From Solirubrobacterales bacterium (lineage in GTDB: Bacteria > Actinomycetota > Thermoleophilia > Solirubrobacterales > 70-9): a stretch of DNA of 64,000 nt. The DNA lies in the NCBI GenBank assembly GCA_035634815.1, contig DASQCF010000009.1, positions 8,585 through 72,584 on the forward strand, read 5' to 3'. Below the pieces are notes generated by a model that was not told the origin of the DNA, made no database searches, and saw only the letters and a program-made list of their open reading frames with translations. Below, in pieces: positions 58,254 to 64,000 of the stretch (positions within the stretch are counted from its first letter, which is position 1; every line of letters begins with the position of its first letter). The translations under genes were made by a program, and so were the position numbers.

Positions 58254-59438
58254 CTACCCGTAGGGGCGATAGAGGATGCGACCGCCGAGCAGTTCGGTGA
58301 CGGTGGCGAAGCGGTAGCCGCGGCCGCGCAGGGTGTCGATGATCCGCGGCAGCGCGGCCAGGGTCTCGCCCCGCGGGCCGCCGCCGTCGTGCATGACGAC
58401 GATCGAGCCGGGCCGGGCGTGGCCGACGACGTTGGCGTAGATCGCCTCGCTGCCGGGGGTGGACCAGTCGCGCGGGTCGACGTCCCAGTTGACCGTCCGC
58501 ATCCCGAGGCTGCCGGCGGTGGCGACGACGCCCGCGTCGATCGCGCCGCCCGGCGGCCGGAACAGGCACGGCTGGAAGTGGGTGTAGTCCCGGATCCGCG
58601 CCGCGGCGCCGGCGATCTGCGCGTAGCCGGGAAGTTCGACGTGGTCCATGGTGTGGTCGCCGATCTCGCTGCCCTGGGCGAGGATCTGCCGCATCGCCTC
58701 TTCGCGTCCCGGCATCACCTGGCCGACCTCGAAGAAGGTCGCCTCGACGTCCTTTTCGCGCAGCACCCGGAGGAAGTCGTCGGTGTAGTCGCTGGGGCCG
58801 TCGTCGAAGGTGAGGGCGACGACCGGGCGGTCGCGGGGGCCGTTGGTGACCAGGCCGGCGCTGCCGCCGGTGCAGCCAACGGCGCGCACCGGGCGCAGGC
58901 GGAAGGCCTCGGCGCCCTCGGCGGGCAGCGTCTGGGCGCAGCGCCGCCGCACCGCGCAACCGTTGCTCTGCAGCGCCCGCCACTGGTAGCGGCCGGGGGA
59001 GAGGCCGGCGTCGGCGGGGTCGAAGGCGACGACGAGCTTGCCCGGGTTCGGGCGCCTGACCGTGGCCGCGACGGCGCTTCGTTCCACCGGCTTCCCCTTG
59101 CCGTCGAGGACGACGAGCCCGACCCGCCTGTGGGCCTTGCGGCCGCCGAGGCAGAGCAGGCGCGACCCTGCCGCGCCCTTCTCCCCGAGACCGAGGCAGA
59201 GGTAGCGGGCCCGGGCGCGCCGCACGTCGGGCCGCGCCTCCAGCTTCGCCAGTGCGACCGGCTTCGCCGTCCGCACCGTGAAGACCAGCTCCCGGCCCGC
59301 CTGGAAGAGGTCGGCGTGCTGCAGCCGCTGGCGGCGGGCCGACGCCCCCGCCGGCGCGAGCAGGAGGACGCCCGCGGCGAGCGCGGCGGCGCACAGGATC
59401 TTGCGGGAGAGGGAGACGGGCAGGCGCACCCATTTCAT
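58254..59438 (-). CDS. Secreted polysaccharide deacetylase (NodB/CE4 domain)
   Basis: ORF trimmed to the ATG at 59438, which gives a signal peptide. TFDDGP and IGDHTMDH motifs. Confidence 0.85.
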   Translation of the reverse strand: MKWVRLPVSLSRKILCAAALAAGVLLLAPAGASARRQRLQHADLFQAGRELVFTVRTAKPVALAKLEARPDVRRARARYLCLGLGEKGAAGSRLLCLGGRKAHRRVGLVVLDGKGKPVERSAVAATVRRPNPGKLVVAFDPADAGLSPGRYQWRALQSNGCAVRRRCAQTLPAEGAEAFRLRPVRAVGCTGGSAGLVTNGPRDRPVVALTFDDGPSDYTDDFLRVLREKDVEATFFEVGQVMPGREEAMRQILAQGSEIGDHTMDHVELPGYAQIAGAAARIRDYTHFQPCLFRPPGGAIDAGVVATAGSLGMRTVNWDVDPRDWSTPGSEAIYANVVGHARPGSIVVMHDGGGPRGETLAALPRIIDTLRGRGYRFATVTELLGGRILYRPYG

Positions 59439-59460
59439 CACTACCGTGTTCGGACCAGTT

Positions 59461-60696
59461 GTGATCCTCCTCCGGCAGAAGAAGCGCATCCTCCTGGCGC
59501 TCCCCCTCGCTCTCGTCGTTCTCGCAGCCGCCGCGGCGGGCGGTGGCGGTGCGGTTGCCGAGACCGGCGGCGCCGGGCAGATCGAAAGCGGCGGCAACGT
59601 CAGCAACTCGGCCTTCGACCGCCAGGGCCAGTGGGTCTGGTACGTCTCCCGCTCGGAGGGCGGCAGCGTCGGCGCGATCATCGCCCGTGCCAAGCGCAAC
59701 GACGTCGGCACGGTCTATATAAAGGCCGGCGACGGCAGCGGCGCCTGGAGCCAGTTCAGCCGCGGCCTCGTCACCGCCCTGCACCGCGGCGGCCTCAGCG
59801 TCTGCGCCTGGCAGTTCGTCTACGGCGACAATCCCCTCGCCGAGGCCAGGGTCGCCGCCGCGGCGGTGAAGAAGGGCGCCGACTGCTTCGTGATCGACGC
59901 CGAGGGCGACTACGAGGGCAAGTACGCCTCCGCCGACCGCTACATCCGCGCCCTGCGCGCCCGCATCGGCGACGCCTACCCGCTCGGCCTCGCCGGCTTC
60001 CCCTACGTCGACTACCACCCCTCGTTCCCCTACTCGGTGTTCTTCGGCCCCGGCGGCGCGACCTACAACCTGCCGCAGATGTACTGGAAGACGATCGGCA
60101 CCTCGGTCCGCACCGTCTTCGAGCACACCTACCTCTACAACCGCATCTACGGCCACCCGATCTACCCGCTCGGCCAGACCTACGAAGCGCCGGGCAGCGC
60201 CGCGATCAAGCTCTTTCGCCGCTTCGCCGCCAGCTACGGCGGCCTGGCGCCGAGCTGGTGGTCCTGGCAGGAGACCAGCGGCCAGGAGTGGGGGGCGCTC
60301 GGCGCCGACAGCGCCCTGCGGCCGGTCGCCGGCTCCCGGCTCGAAGTCGTCCATCCGCTGCTGAAGCGCAAAGCCGCAGGCGACATGGTCGTCTGGGCGC
60401 AGGAGCACCTCGTCGCCGCCGGCGCCGACCTGCCGATCACCGGCATCTTCGGCCGCCAGACCGCCCGCGCGGTCCGTCTCTTCAAGGAAGACCACGGCCT
60501 GCCGGCCAACGGCATCATCGACACCGAAACCTGGAACGCGCTCCTCGCCTTCACCCCCTACCGGCCCCGCTGGACCGCCGCCGGGGCGAGCGGTGTGACG
60601 ACCGCCCGCGCCAAGCCGGCGACCCGCCCGCTCTCCGCGAGCCTGCCGGCGAAGGCCTACGAGATCCCGCCCGGCCCCAGAGGCCCGCAGCCGTAA
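59461..60696 (+). CDS. Secreted protein with a TIM-barrel-like glycoside-hydrolase-like region and a C-terminal peptidoglycan-binding domain
   Basis: GTG at 59461, signal peptide. C-terminal PG_binding_1-like GIFGRQTARAVRLFKEDHGLPANGIIDTETWNAL. Confidence 0.7.
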   Translation: MILLRQKKRILLALPLALVVLAAAAAGGGGAVAETGGAGQIESGGNVSNSAFDRQGQWVWYVSRSEGGSVGAIIARAKRNDVGTVYIKAGDGSGAWSQFSRGLVTALHRGGLSVCAWQFVYGDNPLAEARVAAAAVKKGADCFVIDAEGDYEGKYASADRYIRALRARIGDAYPLGLAGFPYVDYHPSFPYSVFFGPGGATYNLPQMYWKTIGTSVRTVFEHTYLYNRIYGHPIYPLGQTYEAPGSAAIKLFRRFAASYGGLAPSWWSWQETSGQEWGALGADSALRPVAGSRLEVVHPLLKRKAAGDMVVWAQEHLVAAGADLPITGIFGRQTARAVRLFKEDHGLPANGIIDTETWNALLAFTPYRPRWTAAGASGVTTARAKPATRPLSASLPAKAYEIPPGPRGPQP

Positions 60697-60744
60697 TTCG
60701 TCTGTTCCTTATCGGTCCCGGGCACGGATAAGGAACAGACGAAT
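60694..60744. terminator. 19-bp perfect AT-rich inverted repeat (13-nt loop) between convergent genes
   Basis: AATTCGTCTGTTCCTTATC-N13-GATAAGGAACAGACGAATT. The left arm includes the TAA stop of the 59461..60696 CDS. Confidence 0.55.
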
Positions 60745-60748
60745 TGCG

Positions 60749-61603
60749 TTAGGCGCTGATCCGCGTCGTCAGCCGGCCGAGCTGGGGCGAGGTGACGACG
60801 ACCTCGTCGCCGTTGGCGAGCCAGACGCGGGGCTTGCGACCCATGCCGACGCCCTCCGGGGTGCCGGTGGAGACGACGTCGCCGGGCTCGAGGGTCATCA
60901 GCTTGGAGAGCTGCGCGACCAGCTGCGGGACGCTGAAGATCAGGTCGTCGGTGGCGCCGCTCTGCATCTCCTCGCCGTTGAGGGTGAGGCCGATCCCGAT
61001 CCCGTCGGGCGGTCCCGCCTCGTCGGGCGTCACCAGGTAGGGACCGCAGGGCGCCGAGCCGTCGAAGACCTTGCCCGCCATCCACTGCGGAGTCGCCCCC
61101 TGCAGGTCGCGGGCCGAGAGGTCGTTGAGGAGCGTGTAGCCGGCGACGTAGTCGAGCGCCTCGGCCTCCGGCACGTCCTTCGCCCGCTTGCCGACGACGA
61201 AGGCGACCTCCGCCTCGTAGTCGGTCTTGCCGGTCGGCACCCGCACCGTCGCCCCGTCCGCCACCAGCGCGTTCGGGTACTTGGCGAAGATCGTCGGCAC
61301 GTCGGGCAGCGAGTCGACGTCGACCCCCACCTCGGCCGCGTGCTTGCGGTAGTTCAACCCGATGCAGACGATCTTCTCCGGGTCCGGGATCGGCGGCAGC
61401 AACTCAACCGCGGAGAGCGGATGCGAAGGCGCCCCCGTGTCACCCATCCGGCCACGCAGGTCCTCGACTCGCCCGTCAGCGATGAGCTCTTTGAGTCCTC
61501 CCCGATGTGGCTCCCCAAGCAGAGCCCAGGCATCCACAACCCGCTCATCCTCAAGCAACCCCGCCCGAGGTCCATCCCCGGCATCGAACGAAAGCAACCT
61601 CAC
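60749..61603 (-). CDS. Fumarylacetoacetate hydrolase (FAH) family protein
   Basis: GTG at 61603 (VRLLSFDAGDG). FAH C-terminal catalytic domain (GTPEGVG). Confidence 0.85.
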   Translation of the reverse strand: MRLLSFDAGDGPRAGLLEDERVVDAWALLGEPHRGGLKELIADGRVEDLRGRMGDTGAPSHPLSAVELLPPIPDPEKIVCIGLNYRKHAAEVGVDVDSLPDVPTIFAKYPNALVADGATVRVPTGKTDYEAEVAFVVGKRAKDVPEAEALDYVAGYTLLNDLSARDLQGATPQWMAGKVFDGSAPCGPYLVTPDEAGPPDGIGIGLTLNGEEMQSGATDDLIFSVPQLVAQLSKLMTLEPGDVVSTGTPEGVGMGRKPRVWLANGDEVVVTSPQLGRLTTRISA

Positions 61604-61627
61604 AAGCCGAACCCTAAAGACTGTCGA

Positions 61628-61708
61628 GAGGGGTCGTGGGGTCCCTCTCCAGACACTCAACATCGAGCCATAGCGAGATGTGTCTGGGGAGGGACCCCAC
61701 GACCCCTC
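61628..61708 (-). terminator. 29-bp inverted repeat (1 mismatch, 23-nt loop) just downstream of the MFS gene stop
   Basis: GAGGGGTCGTGGGGTCCCTCTCCAGACAC ... GTGTCTGGGGAGGGACCCCACGACCCCTC. Confidence 0.5.
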
Positions 61709-61723
61709 CCCAACCAACAGCCC

Positions 61724-63319
61724 TTAGGCCCGAGCCGGCTCCGGCTCCGCCTCGACCTCGAAAGCGGTGTCGACCAGCGTCTCCCGCTCGATGTCGCTCT
61801 CGCGCACCAGCCACAACGCCAGCACGGCGCCCGCGAAGGACAGCAGCCCGCCGAGCACGAGGATCTCGTTCAGGCCGTGGATGAAGCCCTGTTCGGCGGC
61901 GTTGCGCGCCGCGTCCCGGGCCCCGGCCGGCAGCGCGGAGACCGCTTGCGGCAGCGCCCCCGACGAGGTCGCCTCGACGAGGCCGCGGGCCTGGTCGTGG
62001 TCGAGGGAGCCGCCGGCGACCGATTGCGTCTTCGCGGCCCCGGCGCCGAGGAAGATCGCTCCCCAGGCGGCGATGCCGACCGCGATCCCGACCTGGCGGA
62101 AGGTGTCGTTGATCCCGGCCGCCATCCCGCTCTGCTCTTTCGGCACGACGCTGAGGGCGACGTCGGCGATCACCGGGTTCAGCAGACCGACCCCGACGCC
62201 GCTGAGGAGGAAGCCGAGCAGCAGCGCGGTCCACTCCGAGTCGACCTGCAGGCCGGACATCAGCAGCAGCCCGACTCCCGTCAGCGCCAGCCCGGCCGCC
62301 ATCAGGTAGCGGGCCTGGACCCGCGCCAGCGCCATCCCCGAGAGCGGCGCGACGATGAAGGAGGCGACGGTGATCGGCAGGTAGCGCAGCCCCGCTTCGA
62401 TCGGCGAGAGGCCGAGGAAGCTCTGCAGGAAGAGGGTCAGGTAGAGGAACAGCGCGAACATCGATCCCGAGACCGCGAAGGCCGCCAGCTGGACGCCGGT
62501 GAAGGCGCGGCGGCGGAAGAAGCCGAGCGGCAGCATCGGCTCGGCGACCCGGCGCTCGATCGCGAAGAACGCCGCCATCAGCACCGCCGCGGCGGCGAAG
62601 AGGGAGACGATCAGGGCGCTGCCCCAGCTCTCGTCGTTGCCGCGGACCAGCGCTAGCACGAGGACGAAGAGGGCGCTGGAGAAGGTGACGAGCCCGCCCC
62701 AGTCGATCCGGGTCGCGTTCGGGTCGCGGGACTCGGCGACCTTCCAGTAGGTGACGGCGATCGCCGCCAACCCGATCGGCACGTTGAGCAGGAAGACCGA
62801 CTCCCAGCCGAGGCCGTCGGTGAGGACGCCGCCGACCAGCGGGCCGACCGCGACCGCGATCCCGATCGTGCCGCCGTAGATCCCCATCGCCATCCCGCGT
62901 TCGGGGCCGCTGGGGAACTCCTGGGCGACCAGTGCCAGGGAGACGGCGAACATCACCGCGCCGCCGACCCCCTGCAGGCCGCGGGCGAGGTTGAGGAAGG
63001 TCGGGTCCGGCGCCAGCGCGCAGAGCAACGAGGCGACGGAGAAGATGCCGAGGCCGATCGCGAAGACGCGCCGGCGGCCGAGCCGGTCGGCGAGCGAGCC
63101 GGCGGTCAGCACCAGCGCCGCCAGCGAGAGTGCGTAGGCGTCGATCACCCACTGCAGGTCGGTGAAGCTGCCGCCGAGGTCCTGCTGGATTGCGGGCAGC
63201 GCCGTGTTGACCACGGTGATGTCGAGCAAAAGCATGAAGGTGGCGACGCAAACCGCGCCGAGCGTCCACCACTTGCGATTGATGGCGCCGGGGTCGTTGG
63301 TTGCGAGGGTCGAATCCAT
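61724..63319 (-). CDS. MFS transporter, DHA2 (EmrB/QacA, 14-TMS) family
   Basis: ATG at 63319 lies 7 nt after AGGAG; the ORF opens at 63346. Motif GSLADRLGRRRVF. Confidence 0.9.
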   Translation of the reverse strand: MDSTLATNDPGAINRKWWTLGAVCVATFMLLLDITVVNTALPAIQQDLGGSFTDLQWVIDAYALSLAALVLTAGSLADRLGRRRVFAIGLGIFSVASLLCALAPDPTFLNLARGLQGVGGAVMFAVSLALVAQEFPSGPERGMAMGIYGGTIGIAVAVGPLVGGVLTDGLGWESVFLLNVPIGLAAIAVTYWKVAESRDPNATRIDWGGLVTFSSALFVLVLALVRGNDESWGSALIVSLFAAAAVLMAAFFAIERRVAEPMLPLGFFRRRAFTGVQLAAFAVSGSMFALFLYLTLFLQSFLGLSPIEAGLRYLPITVASFIVAPLSGMALARVQARYLMAAGLALTGVGLLLMSGLQVDSEWTALLLGFLLSGVGVGLLNPVIADVALSVVPKEQSGMAAGINDTFRQVGIAVGIAAWGAIFLGAGAAKTQSVAGGSLDHDQARGLVEATSSGALPQAVSALPAGARDAARNAAEQGFIHGLNEILVLGGLLSFAGAVLALWLVRESDIERETLVDTAFEVEAEPEPARA

Positions 63320-63350
63320 TTGAGGTCTCCTGGTCATCGAGTACAATTCG

Positions 63351-63399
63351 TAAGGTAACCTGGTCAGGCTGCCTTACAACAAGGCAACCTTATCAGGCT
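63351..63399. promoter_or_regulatory. Candidate MarR operator in the MFS/MarR divergent intergenic region
   Basis: Inverted TAAGGTAACC (63351-63360) and GGCAACCTTA (63383-63392). Each is followed by the direct repeat TCAGGCT (63364-63370 and 63393-63399). Confidence 0.45.
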
Positions 63400-63409
63400 C
63401 CCTGACGAA

Positions 63410-63901
63410 ATGACGCGAGACCCGAAAGACACCTCCGCCTGGATCCCCCTCCCGGGGCTGCTCGACGTCGCCTCCGAGGCGCTGTTCGTCGAGTTCCGGG
63501 CCGAGCTGGAGCAGAGCGAGTACGGCGACATCAGGCCGACCCACGGCTGCGTCTTCCGCTTCGTCCAGGGCGAGGGCCTGCGCCTCACCGACATCGCCGA
63601 GCGGGCGGGGATGACCAAGCAGTCGGTGGGGGAGATCGTCGACGACCTGGTGGAGCGCGGCTACGCGCAGCGCGTCCCGGCCCCCGGCGACCGGCGGGCG
63701 AAGCTGATCTGCCTGACCGAGCGCGGCGAAGCGGCGCAGGCCCACGGCCGCAAGCTCTTCGCCAAGGTCGAGAAGCGCTGGGCCGAGCGCTACGGCGCCG
63801 AGCGGATCGCCGCCCTGCGCGGCCTCCTGGAGGAGATCGTCGCCGCCGAGGCGCCCTACGCCGTTCCCGAGCTCGCCAAGCCCGAGCCCGCCGTCGCCTG
63901 A
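63410..63901 (+). CDS. MarR-family transcriptional regulator
   Basis: Winged helix (LRLTDIAERAGMTKQSVGEIVDDLVERGYAQRVPAPGDRRAKL). Confidence 0.85.
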   Translation: MTRDPKDTSAWIPLPGLLDVASEALFVEFRAELEQSEYGDIRPTHGCVFRFVQGEGLRLTDIAERAGMTKQSVGEIVDDLVERGYAQRVPAPGDRRAKLICLTERGEAAQAHGRKLFAKVEKRWAERYGAERIAALRGLLEEIVAAEAPYAVPELAKPEPAVA

Positions 63902-63939
63902 CCGGCAGGGAACCAAGGCCACCCGCCGAATCCCCCACC

Positions 63940-64000
63940 ATGCCATTCGACCTGCGCTCGACCGAGAAGCTCCTGGAGGGCCTCGTCATCCTCTTCTACG
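63940..64000 (+). CDS. 5' end of an unidentified CDS running off the window
   Basis: ATG at 63940 (MPFDLRSTEKLLEGLVILFY). Too short to classify. Confidence 0.3.
   Translation, partial: MPFDLRSTEKLLEGLVILFY

Overview
High-G+C (about 70% in the lines I counted) chromosomal segment that looks actinobacterial. This is inferred from a dnaK-grpE-dnaJ-hspR-clpB operon and an inositol-phosphate synthase / CDP-alcohol phosphatidyltransferase cluster. Most of the window is ordinary, densely packed core: heat-shock operon, nth, inositol-lipid cluster, rlmD-like methyltransferase, argF, lgt, prmC, lysS, an NRAMP transporter, an FtsH paralog, an amine-oxidase/DUF1365/cfa cluster, cell-wall enzymes and an MFS/MarR pair. 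Many adjacent genes share ATGA/GTGA start-stop overlaps. The accessory part lies downstream of an unusual tRNA-Glu(UUC)-like gene (26899-26994). A roughly 10.5 kb lower-G+C integrative island (about 26995-37498) is bounded by an imperfect 42-nt direct repeat of the tRNA 3' half. It carries an XRE/wHTH/RHH/xis/int module, a Dyp peroxidase fusion, a small membrane protein coupled to a 596-aa protein with no recognisable domain, a RelE/ParE toxin-antitoxin pair, and a 989-aa Mrr-like nuclease + P-loop NTPase + Sel1-repeat protein (STAND/Avs-like defence candidate). Just beyond the distal repeat is a second intermediate-G+C module (37518-41274). It encodes a multi-TM protein and a ROK-family protein coupled to an EcoRI-family restriction endonuclease, with no methyltransferase in the window. 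I rank these island genes as the most likely site of an undescribed (defence-type) system. Several long perfect palindromes are also present, one inserted in frame in a CDS. No CRISPR array, rRNA or transposase was seen. All calls rest on reading the sequence and recalled family motifs; no searches were run.
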